DNA from: Paraspadella gotoi
Lineage: Eukaryota; Animalia; Chaetognatha
DNA: 64,000 nucleotides
Assembly: GCA_051294375.1 (NCBI GenBank)
Contig: CM119263.1
Location: 30,257,376 to 30,321,375, forward strand
Direction: 5' to 3'
The notes under the pieces were generated by a model. That model was not told the origin of the DNA. It made no database searches and saw nothing but the letters and a program-made list of their open reading frames with translations. The position numbers and the translations under genes were made by a program. Positions 50,817-64,000 of the stretch are shown piece after piece (within the stretch, counting starts at the first letter, position 1; every line of letters starts with the position of its first letter).

Positions 50817-53800
50817 TCAGGTCAAGTCTCCCGTGCTGGCGTACAACTGAGCGAGGACCCGGCTGATGACTGGCCCCAACTTCCGACCCAGGACGCCACA
50901 CTTAATGTCCTTCAAGAGATTCTCGCGACTCTCTGCTGTCGGGAGGGCGTCGTAGGCGCGCATGAGGAGTTCCGGCGTAGGGTAAGTCTGGAGAAAGTGG
51001 ACGGACAGTTGGAAAGTATTTTAATTAATTGATTTCTCCCTGACTCTATCCTATCTCTATCTCCTATCTCTATCCTATTCATTGCGTTGATTCACAGATT
51101 CCTCTTACCTGGACGATAGCATAAGCTTTTACGCCCGAGATTCCCGACAGAACCATGAGCTGCTTGGCGAAGAGCTCCTTCGCTGAAATGGCGCCGTTTT
51201 TCTGGCAAGCTCGTTGAAACTCGGCGAAGGCGACGCCGTCGAGGATAGGCGCGTCCAGAGAGAAGGCGTCGTCGTGACTGTTGTCTTTGTCGCGCGAGAT
51301 GGCGCGCAGAGTTTTGGAGGCGTAGACGCTACTGAGGTAACGCGTCATGAGGGAGAGATAAGCGGCGACGTCTTTGGGGTCACGACAGTGGACTACGTGG
51401 AAACCGTCGATGATTTGCGTGTTGGAGATGGCCTGGAATAAGGGAGGGCGGAGGGCCGTTTAATCTAATTTGCATATTACAGTGATTAAACCATTAAAAG
51501 AAATAGTTTTATATCAATTTTTTTTTACTTATTTTTGTCCAATTCAATTTGGATCCTCATTACATTTTCATATTTAAATCATAAACTCGCGCATTGAAAG
51601 ATTAAAATAAAAAGATCCAGAAAACTATTAAAACTAATTCGAGTCAATCGTATTATATGAATATTGCGAAGTCTTAATTCTATTTTTAACTGTAAATGTA
51701 ATATAACCTCGAGTCGTTTATTTCTGGTATATTTTCGTTAAACGATAATAATAAAAACATTTAGAATAATCAAAATAAAGTTTTCTTTAATGTTCGTTTG
51801 GCGATCCAAGTCAAGAGCGTTTCTAAAAAAATACTTTCATAGTAGAAACAGACGCTCGACTTTGTTGTCATAAAAAATCATAAAATATTTTTTTACAGAT
51901 AACACTCGAGGATATATATATATATATTATGAAAATTTGCAAATTACTTGTTTGCACTATATTTCATTTTCATATTTTATGAAGATTTAGTATTTAATCT
52001 ATACTATTTAAACAAATATATATTGCTTTCTTTTTTAAAAATGTTTTATTTATCTATATATTCAATTTGGGAAGGGAAAGTCAGTGTTGTCTTCTGGAAA
52101 TAGAGGGATCATCTATACAAACAAAAGGTTAGATTACTATCTGTCCTAGTTTTCTAATAGATATCACACATCATTTTTGTTAGAAAGTCATTAATGAAAA
52201 ATCATAATATCTAAAAGGCTGAACAGAAAGGGGTATGAATGGATAATTTTTTTAGGGGGGCCAACGTTATATATGATTTTTTTTACAAATAGGGATAAGA
52301 CTACTATGTAGAATTGTATGTTTGATAGGGATACATACTGGGGGAAAGGTCTATAGGGGCACCTTTATGTTATGAATATAATTTTAAAATGCTTTAATTA
52401 TTTATTTTTTGAATATTTTTTATTTTTTATGTTTATACAATGGGAAGGTCATCAGTTGGGAACCTATACCCTTCATGGATTTCGGCTCTTTAATCCCAAT
52501 ATCCAGGTATAGGCGAGCCATCACCAAATGGTGATCCTTATATATATATATTATATATTTTGACTAATAACTCTGCCCAATTCCCAACCTGTCTCAAGCT
52601 AGCGACGGGCAGCGACCCTGGCTTTCGTCTGAACTCCTCGATGAGATAGATGATCCTCTTGAGACCCGACGCCCTCAGGCGGTGCTTCTGTTCGCGGAAT
52701 CGCCCGTCGACGATGGAGGAGGAGAGGTCGTCCATTCGTTTTCGTTCGATGATGAAGTCGAGGACGATTTCGCGGGGATTGACTGGTGAAGAGGTGATGG
52801 TGATGGGGGAAGGGGGTAGAGGATGGTTGATGGGGAAGGGGGGGTTAGGAGATATGGAAGGGTGATGTGGGAAGCGTGATGTGGGAAGGAGGATTGGTGA
52901 AGAGGTTAAGGGGGATGGGCGATGGGGCAAAGGATTAAGAGGGAATTAACCAACGAACACTTGATCTTTATCCTTTATGGCTCATTCGTCTCTCCCAGTT
53001 TTTTAAATTTTCACCCAATTATGTTACTACACCTTACATTCACAACCCCAAAGAAATTACATATCAACTCATTCAATGAATTAACTATCTGGCCCCTAGG
53101 ATATTGTTAGAGGTCGGTTAGAGGTCGGTTCAGGTCTCCAGCCCTCTTATAAGATGAAAATATAGCAAGGAAGTTTCCAATAAAGTAATAGATTAGTAAT
53201 AGATCCGCACTAACATCAAGATTAAAGAGTAAACTTACTCGATCTTCCTCGTTCCCTCGCGATCCAGAGGAAATCCCCGACGGCCAAACGTCTCGTCTCG
53301 TAGACGACGCCGTTGCGAGACAAATCCGAAGAACAGGCAACCTTAAAGTTAAAACAAGTTAAAACTTGAGTCCCTTCCAGGCTCCTTTTAATTCTCCTTC
53401 TCTCACCCCACCCCACCCATCCCACCTCCCCCGTGTCTACGAGAAGCACGAGATCGAATTCGCCGGAACGAAGAACGAATTGCGGCGCCGGACCGGATGT
53501 AGGCGTGTCTCTCGTACGCATTTCGGCCACCGCGTCATCGACGCTTCTACAAAAGAAATTTAAATAATAAAGCATTTTCTATTGCAGGATAAAATTAGGA
53601 TTTAATCTTGGTTTACATGCGACGAGAGGTTCCTTTAATATTCGCCGAGGCCTGAGGCGAAACCGTCTCTGGAGCCGGCGTCGTACACGTCATTGATTTG
53701 GGATTTTTCTCAATTACCACGTTGATGGTCGACCCAGGAGTCGAATCCGACGTATCGTTAAGATTCTTTTTTCCCGGTTTGGCTTTTTTCCTCATAGTCT

Positions 53801-56194
53801 TCATCTTCATAACCTCCGACAGAATTTCTCCATCGTCATCCATCAAGCCACCCACCCTTCCTCCTCTCGCCATCTCTGGACAATCTTCGTCCTTCAAAAA
53901 GGCGACGACGAATTCCCCGCCTTCTCCGCTCCGCCCTCTATGTTCTTCCTCGACGAACCACTTCCCGCTCCATTTCAAATCTTTTCTTCGACTCTTGACG
54001 AGAAACGTGACTCCGACGTCGGCGTCGAATCCAACCACAGCTGAGTCTTTGGAGAGGACGTCGTTTCCCGCCGCGTCCACGTAGACGAATGATAAGGGGG
54101 CGTGGCTGCTGTTGTCGCTCACTTGGTCATTCGTACTCGAGGTAGGAAAAGGGTCAATAGATTGGTCGAAACCTTCCATGCTTATCCCATTTTTCTCGCT
54201 CCGACTTTCGACTTTGTTACAAACGACGACATCGTCTTCTTCGTCGCTGGAAATTTCGATGGAGATGTCGTGAAATTGGTTTTTCTTTTTCACCGATGAG
54301 ATTTCAGGATTCGGGATTCGAGCGATGGACGAATACAACTTCGCTAACCCTTTGATGTTGTTGTTATCGTCGTCAACGTTCTCTACAGCAGCCCTCCCGC
54401 CGCCTACTAAGTCCTCGTCGGCCGCCTTCAGCCGCGCGGCCAACTCTCTTCCCGCCAGCGTCAGGCTGTATTGAGCCGGGCTGCTCCTCTTTACCACCAA
54501 CTCCTTGGTCAAGAGTGTCGACATGGAAGACCAGGCCGAGTAGAACGAGTCCACGTCGTCGGGTTTGAAAAAGGAGGCGTCACAAAGAGGCTGCGCCAAT
54601 TTCATCAGGCGCCGTTTGGAGAGATGAAATGGTTTCGTCGGCGGCGCTGGCGCGTCGGAGTTTTCGGCGCTGCAAGTGCGATGGTAAAGCGCCAGCAGCA
54701 GTGCGTAGGCGCCGCCGCGGCGCGAGGGAACGTAATCGCGAGAAGCTGAGGTGGGTCGCCGACGCGGCTTTTTGCCGGGCGGCGACCCTGGATCGGGAAT
54801 TGACAGCGTGGGAGGCGAGATCTGCGGCGCTGACGGGGCGTTCGAAGGGCTTAACGGGGCCGTTCGTTTTCTTCCTGTGGCGCAGCTTAGAACTGGTGCC
54901 GATGGGTTCGGGTCGGCGTTCTCCGCCAGCCAAGATCGGTGCTCCTGGAGTCGTTCGTCAAGCATCTTACAAGTCTTGGGTCCGAAGTTCTCGAGTATGG
55001 CGCAGGACTGACCGCAGGCAAGGACTGCCGGGTATTTCTTGAGGGATTTTATGGCCTTTAAAGGAGAAGCGATGGAATGAGGGAAAAAAACATAAGGGAG
55101 AGACAGAGAGATTAGAAAATATCCCCATTGACCTTATTGATTTGTCGTTCTCGAAGACGAGTGTCCAAAACACAAGTACCAAACAGTTTCTACAAACAGA
55201 AACATTGGGTTGCAGGTTTTCATTTTGATATACCCCTTCAGTGCACACAACATATCCAATAAATCGCGATTGCTGCCGGCTTAATAGAAGGGGCTTAAGA
55301 TAGGACCTCAAGTTAGATCGAGCATAAAACTTACCTTTAAATGATGTAAGGGAGATATGGGGTGAACAAAATCGGGAGGCGAAGGGTAAAAGAAAAAACA
55401 TAAAATGAAATGTTAAATTAAATAATAAACATTAAACATATAAACATTTAAAACTTAATTCATCCTGTCCAAAACAAAAGTACCAAATAGTTTCTACAAA
55501 AAGAAACTTTGGGTTGCAGGTTTTCATTTTGATATACCCCTTCAGTGCACACAACAAATGCAATAAATAGCGATTGCTGCCGGCTTAATAGAAGGGGCTT
55601 AAAATAGGACTTCAAGTTAGATTGAGCATAAAACTTACCTTTAAATGATGTAAGGGGGATGATATGGGATAAACAAAATCGGGAGGCGAAGGGTAAAAGA
55701 AAAAAAAGAAAAATGAAATGTTAAATTACATAGTAAACATTCCATTAAGCATATTTAAACATTTAAAATTCAATTCATCCTGTCCAAAACAAAAGTACCA
55801 AATAGTTTCTACAAGAAGAAACCTTGGGTTGCAAGTTTCCATTTTAATATACCCCTTCAGTGCACACAGCGAAGGCAGGGAAAAGCGATCGCTGCCGGCT
55901 TAATAGAAGGGGCTAGCCAATAAAAGCCACAATGACGATTATCACTCAGATACACCAACCCCAAAATCAGTTACTCATTTTTACCTTGGTATAAACAAAG
56001 ACCAAGTTCTTGTTGTCCTTGGCCCTGGCTTCTTCCTGCCATTCCTTCAACCATTGAAGGAAGAGAGGATTAGGGTGAGGGAGAATTTTCTTTTTTCTCT
56101 TCCCCTTAAGGGCGACGGGGTCATAAGTAGGAACGGGATTCCATTCTCCCGATCCCCTTTTCTTTTTCTTCTTTTTCCCACGTTTTTCATCCAT
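50817..56194 (-). CDS. MUS81: Crossover junction endonuclease MUS81, 7 exons
   Basis: N-terminal PNPLFLQWLKEW..KAIKSLKKYP HhH, winged helix YVPSRRGGAYALLLAL..YSAWSSMSTL, ERCC4 nuclease GDFLW and ERKRMDDL..DGRFREQKHRL, C-terminal HhH. Confidence 0.95.
55159..55295 (-). ncRNA. H/ACA snoRNA copy C in MUS81 intron 1
   Basis: Hairpin CCCCUUC..GA(A)GGGG, H box AUAUCA, second hairpin, ACA box; 3' pocket complementary to 18S GAGUA-psiG-GUUGCA. Confidence 0.75.
55330..55345 (-). other. Putative recursive splice site (AG|GTAAGT, junction 55335/55334)
   Basis: Pyrimidine-rich tract with no other AG for ~118 nt, ending TTTAAAG and followed immediately by GTAAGT. Confidence 0.65.
55463..55599 (-). ncRNA. 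H/ACA snoRNA copy B in MUS81 intron 1
   Basis: Same architecture; H box AUAUCA; ACA 14 nt after the 3' pocket strand. Confidence 0.78.
55633..55650 (-). other. Putative recursive splice site (AG|GTAAGT, junction 55639/55638)
   Basis: No other AG for ~140 nt upstream; TTTAAAG directly abuts GTAAGT. Confidence 0.65.
55778..55914 (-). ncRNA. H/ACA snoRNA copy A in MUS81 intron 1 (predicted guide for the 18S site equivalent to human psi1174, SNORA40-like target)
   Basis: H box AUAUUA; pocket strands UUGCAAC and UACUU pair with 18S GGAGUA-UG-GUUGCAA; 14 nt to ACA; compensatory change CAGCGA/UCGCUG versus CAGCAA/UUGUUG in copy B. Confidence 0.8.
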
Positions 56195-56546
56195 GAGCTT
56201 TGGGAATTTAGTTATTGTCAATTTATTTTGATTTTAATTGTATTTTAATTTTTATGTTGTTCGAAATGTCTCATTACGAAAATCAAATTCAGATTGAGTT
56301 GGTTTTTTGACTTTTTCGGTCCCTTTAACCGACAACCCATCACATCGTGGGTAAGTCAGAGGAACCAAACAAATCAGGGGCACCCTCGCCGCCCGATCGT
56401 TTCAACTGTACGGAAACAAAAGATTGAAGCTTTTGTCAACTATTTTAATTACGAAACGGAAACAAAAACATCTAGAATTGTAAATTTTTTTTTTAACTGA
56501 AAATTTATCAATACGGAAACTATCTCTGGAGTAAGAAAACTAATGT

Positions 56547-57138
<592 letters not shown>

Positions 57139-57455
57139 GATGAATGTTGTTGTTGTTAACTTTAGGATATGGAAGTCCTCGATGACAGAAATCGCAAACT
57201 CACTTTTAATTCAGACTCTGGAAAAAAAAGTAAAATATAAAAGCAAATGGCAATTTGTATAAAATATATATCATTTTGAGGTAGAGAAGACGGTTCAGAA
57301 AAACTATTCAAAAATATAAAGGTGTAAAAAATGAATATATCACGAGGAAAAGGTTGCCTCTGACTCTGGACGAGGGAAAGACTGTTTGAAAATTGCTGAA
57401 GGATTTGTCAACTTAAACGAACAAAGAATTTAGACCAAATTCATTGGGGAAAGAA

Positions 57456-58181
57456 TCAAAGTTCAGAGTTTTCCACCGCGACCGAAATATCTTTAGGCGG
57501 CGATGTGGCGCTGGCTGCGGAGCACGTAGCGGCGCACGCTGCGCTCTCAAGCCGCGCTTCTCGGAGGATACGGTGCATTTGCGCCGCGTCGACGCTGGAC
57601 ACGGCGGTGCCGGAGGCGGACCCGGGCGCAGTCCCGGAGGTAACAGAAGTGCCGGATTCGGCGACGCTGAAAACGTCGCTGGAGCCGAGATCGGAAGGGG
57701 CGCCGGAAGGGGCGCCGGTAGCTGCGCAAGAGGCGGAAGAGAAGGCGGAGGCCAAGGAAGTGAGCGACGCCGCAGGAGTCAGGGTCATTGAGGTGGAGAC
57801 CGCGCTGTAAAAAGAAAGTGGGGTAAATTAATAGATAATATAATAATATTAAGAAATAATATTTTAACAATAAAAGTTAAAATAAATTAGCCTAATTTAT
57901 TCAAAATCTTTTGAATGTTTCTTACTTGGATTCCTCAGTCGTTGGATGATAACTAGAATTGAATAGAGAATCCTTTTCAATGTTATCCTCGACGATCACT
58001 CTCGGATTCTCCACGCTACGATCGCTTCCACCGCTTCCGCCAGTAGAGACCACCACTGCATCGCTTCCGTCGTCTCCAGGCGGACGCGGTGTTGGCGGAC
58101 AGGCGGGATGCGAGGAGGCAACGGAGGGAAGGGTGGGATGAAAACGTCGTATGTCGAGTCCCTTAAGAAGAAATATATTCT

Positions 58182-58279
<98 letters not shown>

Positions 58280-61200
58280 GTAAACAAATAAACATCCGCG
58301 TCGCGACGGCCATTCGTTCCCGTCGATCTCCCTGTCGATCTTCCCGCCGCCGAGTTTTTCGTCCAGATTGTCCGCGCTCGAGGAATGCGCGGGAGGGCGC
58401 GCGGGGACAGGAGCGAAGCGTCGGCGAAAGCGGGGGCGATCCATTGGCGCACGTGGGGCGGAGGAACGACGAGGAAATTGGAGGAAGGACGGCGAGGCGG
58501 AGACTGGAAAAGGAAAGGTGAGGAATTTTAGCGAAACATTTTAATCACATTTGCATATTGCAGTATTTCTTTGGATCGACTATAAAAATCGAAAAGTAAT
58601 GTACAGAAGAATGAATAAGACTAACACGAGTTTCTTCGTAAAGGCTAAGGCTAAGGCGTTGCCAAAGCAAATGTGAAACATACGTATAAAACCGCTAACG
58701 TTCAAGATTGCGATTCACGACCCGCCCCCCTTCAGCTCGCTCCAAAGAGATCTTACCCGCTTCTGTTCGTCGTCTGCTTGACCGAAGTAAGTGACCGTCC
58801 TGACCTTCTTCCTCTCCACGCAGCTGCAGACGCAGGATCGATCAGCGACGACGACTTTCTTCCTTCGTCGATGAACCGATTCCTCGATCTTCCTCTTCCT
58901 CTTCATACCCGTTGCACCGTCGTCCTCCTCGCAGTCTTGAGGCCCCATCCAAAAGAGAAGAACGGGGAGGAAGGCGAGGCCGTGCCAGAGGCCGACGATA
59001 ACCATGGAAACGATGAGCTTGGAAAATGCCTGGGGAAACGGGTGGAAAACGCGTCTTAAATATAGAAAAAAGGAGCGATAATTTCAATTTCACTGTATTT
59101 ACTTTTTCAAAAAAAAAAGTTTAATTAGTTGTTTTCTTTTTCAAATGTTTTAATTTTAAAATAATCATCTGACCTCACAAATTTAAAATGTTTCACGCGA
59201 AGATTAAACGTGACATTGAGAAATAAAGTGACTGCAACACTTGAGTAACAAATCTTTCAGCGCTAAAATAATTTTAGCTAAAATAATTGCGCTATTCTCA
59301 TAACCTAATAAAAACGTAGGAGACTGAATACGTAATTGATAAGAGCATGACGCAGTGACGCACCGTAAAAGCATAAGCGTTGGAGACGACGAGTGGCGCC
59401 ATTGCGATGACGGTGGAGACGCCTCCGTGAATGACGGCTGGGCCGATGGAACCGAGGGAGGCGGCGACGCGGGCCGCGCGAGTCCCCGACGAAGCGATGA
59501 ACGAGTGGCCCAGGTGGACGGAAAAGTCGATGCCTAAAAGATAGCGAGAATCTCATTTGCATAAAAATATAGTCTAGGTTAACGAGGTCGAAAAAGGAAA
59601 TCAAAATTTTCGCTTAAAACTTGATTTTAAATTACAAAGAATTATGAAAATAAAAACGCTACTCTTAAAAGTACAAAATTTACGGAGATAAAAAAAAAAC
59701 TTGACAAAAAACGCACCTAAGCCGATGAGAATGACCATAGTCATAGCAGTGACCGGCTCCAGTGTGAGGCCGAAGAAGTGGAGCAGACCGAAGACGTCGA
59801 GGAGCGAGAGAAAGACGGCGAAGGAGCAGAGGAATCCCATGCGAGCGTCGGCGAAGAAGAGGAAGATGACGAATCCGATGAGGACGAGGGAAATGCAGAG
59901 GTTGCGGCCCAAATCCCAGGGCAGGAAACGAGCCTTAAGCGAATATATCAATATTAATTCAATTATCGCAATAATTAATATCATAACTGTTCACAATGAT
60001 ACAGTTGGTTTAACGTCTTACCTGTTCGAGCGAAATAAAGAGCTGGGAAAAGATAAATACGGTGTCCTTGGCGAGACCAATCTGGTTGTAGACGAGATTG
60101 TGGAGCGAATCCAAGAAGCCCATGTTCTCCGAAGTCTTGAAGTGAAACTTGTAAGTGTAGGTGAACTTGCAAGCTTTGAGAGGATGATAGACGAAGCCGG
60201 TGGCGTTATCAACGTGGGTCACGTTTTCGTTGAAATAGAGATCCTGAGAGAGAGAGAGGGGGGGATTCATCGTTAATCGATGGTCATCCTCCAATCGAGG
60301 ACGCCCTCTAACCCAACCTACCCCACCTTCTCCGCCGTCCCCATGACGGAGCTGTTGATAAAGTGTTGAAGCCAAAAGTAATATGACGCCCGCGTCGAGG
60401 GTTTCGCTGTCATGTTGTCCAAAGGAAATCGGCGCAAGTCCTCCGGATTGAGTTCGGGCGCGAGGCGGAGGTACATCTCGAATCCGCGGACCCAGTCTTG
60501 GCTCAAACTAAGCTCCTTTTGGGCGCTGAGAGAGGCCAGAACCTGGGAAACAAAGAACCAGTGCAATAAGCAACAAAGCAGACGGACAATATTCTTGCAA
60601 CTCTCACCTTCTTAATGACGCCGGTCGATCGATGAAAGTCCAAATCCCTGAAGATGAGCTGCATCGGAGTCCGCATGAGGCTTGGGAAGAATTCCTTGGC
60701 GATCGTCTTGAACTGGTGGAGGAATGAGTCCATGGGGATCAAGCTCCACACGTCCCACTGGATCTGCGTTTTGATCAGACCTGAAGATCAAAGTTTGATT
60801 TATTAAGCGTGCGAACCGAGCCTCTACTCGATCGACCGGCCCTAGACACGACTTCGCACCGTAAAAGCAAACGCCGAGGATGCCAATGGTGACGCCGACG
60901 ACGACGACTTGTACGTACGCGTTGGCGACGAGAGGAACGTAATACTTTTTGAAGTAGACGCTGAACTTGTCCGGGTGACGCGGACGGCAGCAGAGCGGTG
61001 GCGGGGGAGTAGAGTCCGTCGCCGCCCCCAGCGCCTCTGCCGAGCGACGAGAAAGTTTCTGGCGGGTCCTGAGAATTATGGATCACGGGGCTTATTATCA
61101 GTATCGTTAATGAAAGCAATGTCAATGTCTCTATGAATAAAACTCACCTCATCCTCTCGATGAGTGAGAGACAAGCGATGAAGAAAGTGTTCATGAGGGC

Positions 61201-63594
61201 GAAGATGAAAGATATGCCGACAGCGAGCCAGACGCACATGGAAGACGTGGCTGGCATGATGAAGGTGGTGCCGACTGCGAAGGCAAGGGCGTCGGAGAGG
61301 GACGTCACGAAGATGGAGAGACCTGGTGGAAACGAAAGGTGAAGTGATATTGTCTAATGTCTCGTCCTGTAAACCAAGGGAGAAATCCGACCGACCTACG
61401 TCGTGAAGGATTCGCGACAGAGAGTCGACGACGACGGTTTTGACTCTGATTTCCGAAGTCGCGTTGTTCACGGATTCCATTTCTTCTCCGGTTCCATCCG
61501 ACGTCGTCAGCGGATTTATCGTCGTTGTGATCGTCGTTCGACTCTTTTCTTTATATCGATCCCGTTTGTATTCGATTGCTCTTTTGTTTTTCAAAGCCTG
61601 ATATAATAAAATAATTCCGTTTTTAACTCATTGATAGTTTTTGTATTATTAACATCGACGACAGCAACATCGAGAACAATTTAAACTCGCGCGCAACGTG
61701 CGCGATCGAAGCTTGAGGAGAAAGGGGATGGCTGAAGGGAGTAGGAGGAAGAGGAGCTTGCTAATAATTCTAATACTAATAACAGTAAACAGTGAAAGTT
61801 TAACCTGCGTCACAACGAACATGTCGTCGATCCCAATGCCGAGTAAAATAGCGGGAATAATTAGATGAACGTTGGACCAGAAATAACCCATGAGAGAACA
61901 AAATCCGACCATGAGGGAAACAGCCAGGCCTTCAAGTGAAAACCGGTCAGGATTTGGACAAAGTAAGATAAACTAAAATGCGTGAAAAGCGGTCAGTCTA
62001 CGAAAAACGTAGAAACAGTCAAAACGTATCAAGCATACTTGCGATTGTACTTCTATGACTCACCGACTGTGAGGAGACCAGACAGCGATACCAAGACACC
62101 CGTCATCAACCGCCCATCGTAGCTCATCTGCGAGAATTTGAATACAAGCGGTTGAGCGTCAACAGAATAAAGCAGAGGCTAAAATTGCGCCAAAAGCTCA
62201 CCTGAGTGATCATGTAGAGGAAAACGAAGGAGTAACCGTAGAGGACGTACTTTAACTCTCGCTCCATGATCGACTTGGACTCTGTATCGAAGCTGCGGCC
62301 ACCGCTGTCGAGGAAAGGATTAAAGAGGGGGGGGGGTAATAGACCCCGTTAATAATAACGAGAGTTACAACAGTTGAATTTTATTAATCAACCTGTAAAC
62401 GAGATTGTCGAACTCCGGTTTCATTTCCCGAGCCACTTTGTAAAAGTTTTCTTCAAAATCTCCGTACCAAAGGGCGTAGCGATGTGCATGCATGTTCCAA
62501 TGAAGGAGTACGGCTTTGGCTCCTGAAGAAAGGCGAGGAATGACTTGCGCTCCGTCTCTCTCTCTTTCTCTCGCTCACACACACACACAACCTGCGATCG
62601 AGTCGTTGTTGTTCGATTGCCAGAAATTGCTGATGGTGGCAACAATGTAATGTTTGTCGACTCTGGTGCGAAGATCTCGCAACGACTTGGCGAGATCAGC
62701 CTAGGGAGGGAGAGAGAGTTTTAATCCTGAGATAAAAAGAGATGGCGTTTGATTTTATCTTCTTCACCTCCGTCATATTCATGATCTTCTTCTCGTCGTA
62801 ATCCCAGAGACGAAGGACGCTAAAGTTGGCGCAAGACTGAAGGGGAAAGCAAAAAAATGTATAAAATAAACCATTTCTATAAAGCCTATGTACATCGTAT
62901 AATTAAAATATAAATTCTCTCACCTGAAACTCCTCCATACGAATGCACCTGTCTTCATAGTCGCTCCGGTGACTCACGATTCGATGGTGCATCCTAAAAT
63001 CAATCAACAAATTCTCGGATGAAAAGCGAAGAGCAAAATTCAAGCTGAAATGAGAGATCACGAGTTTTCAAACAAACCGGTAGAGATTTTTTATGACGTC
63101 CGGCCTTAACACGTTTTCGCCGGAAACGATGACGGATTGAATGAAACCGTTGGGCACCGGAGATTCTGAGGAAGTGTTTTGCGGGAAATATTTGTCGAGC
63201 CAAAGTTTGTTTTTGTGCAGCGAAGACTCTTTAGGCAGCCTTGGGGATATAATGATGCGAATTAGGTTGATGCCATTTTGTCTTTAACTCTTTAACTTCT
63301 TACCAAAGGTTATAGGGGTCTCTCTCGTCGTTCATCCAGAGGACGCCGAGCATAGAGACGAAGACGATGGCGAAAGTCAAGTAGATCGTCGTCATCGGGT
63401 TCGTCGAGACGACGTGACCAACGCGGAAGAAAAAGTTGGAGAGGAAGGCGAACATTTCAGAGTTGAAATACTAGAAAAGGAATTGGAAAGAAATGAGTAA
63501 GGAATTTGTTAAGGGTAAGTTAATGACAAAAAAAACTTACCCTCGCGCATTTTCCGCTCTTTTTCGTCTCATTTTTCGAGCTTCGTCGCTTCAT
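57456..63594 (-). CDS. Patched-domain (PTCHD3/NPC1-like, sterol-sensing RND) multipass membrane protein with a long low-complexity C-tail
   Basis: N-terminal TM then LWLPKES, SSD motif LLGIGIDDMFV, TSLSDALAFAVG, second TM set with IGLGIDFSVHL, GLWHGLAFLPVLL. Exons 58503-58279, 58161-57926 and 57804-57456 splice in frame from the donor at ~58757. Confidence 0.85.
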
Positions 63595-64000
63595 CGATGA
63601 ACGAGAATGAAAAATGTGAAAAAATCCAAAACCAAATTTTACAGATTTTTTGTTAAATCGCAGAAAAGCTTTTTTTTTTCTCTCTGAAGAGAGAAAAAGT
63701 CGAACCAAATATGGAAGGAAAGAAATTCTGGAAAGTGGAATGACGATCGTGAGAGAAAAAAAATAAGACTAGAAATACAAATATGGCTGCGAGAATTCAC
63801 AAAACTTAACCTTAAACAATTCGCGTAAGGTAAAAATATTTATTTTAAACATTTAATGGTATCGTATAGGAATTAAGGTTGAACGTTTGTATATTTTGTT
63901 CCGAAAATTAATTTTTAAGTTTTTTTAAATTAATATTTTTGAATCGAGAGAAAAGCCGAATGAAGAGACTTTCTTCTTCAAGGTGAATTTTAGAACTAAA

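Noticed and set aside
55336-55460. Conventional small exons between the snoRNA copies
   Set aside because: No AG acceptor within ~118-140 nt upstream of the internal donors except the one abutting them. The next AGs lie at or near the snoRNA 3' ends, and such exons would be AT-rich with in-frame stops likely.
57456-58503. Separate gene between RPS12 and the Patched-domain gene
   Set aside because: These exons splice in frame to the Patched-domain gene as its C-terminal tail

Overview
This is an animal (invertebrate-like) nuclear genome window with GC-rich exons, short GT-AG introns and abundant (AG)n/(GAAA)n microsatellites. It has assembly gaps in the first 2.2 kb. The first ~20 kb is gene-poor: a small plus-strand membrane-protein gene, a BAMBI-like gene and repeats. 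From 21 to 64 kb, ten genes lie head-to-tail on the minus strand: Patched-domain gene > RPS12 > MUS81 > FARSB > KRR1 > RPL31 > RPL18 > RPS6 > XPNPEP1 > UPF1. Most are only ~280-470 nt apart (stop to ATG), which resembles an operon of translation and ribosome genes. An SLC49A3/MFSD7-like transporter is nested antisense in an XPNPEP1 intron. The most striking finding is MUS81 intron 1, which holds three tandem H/ACA snoRNAs separated by AG|GTAAGT zero-length-exon (recursive splice) sites, one snoRNA per sub-intron. Other findings are a SNORA10-like snoRNA in RPS6, hammerhead-ribozyme motifs, a Kolobok-like element, a tRNA-derived SINE and an exon-oriented intronic octamer motif. All exon boundaries and RNA folds were read by eye; no searches were run.
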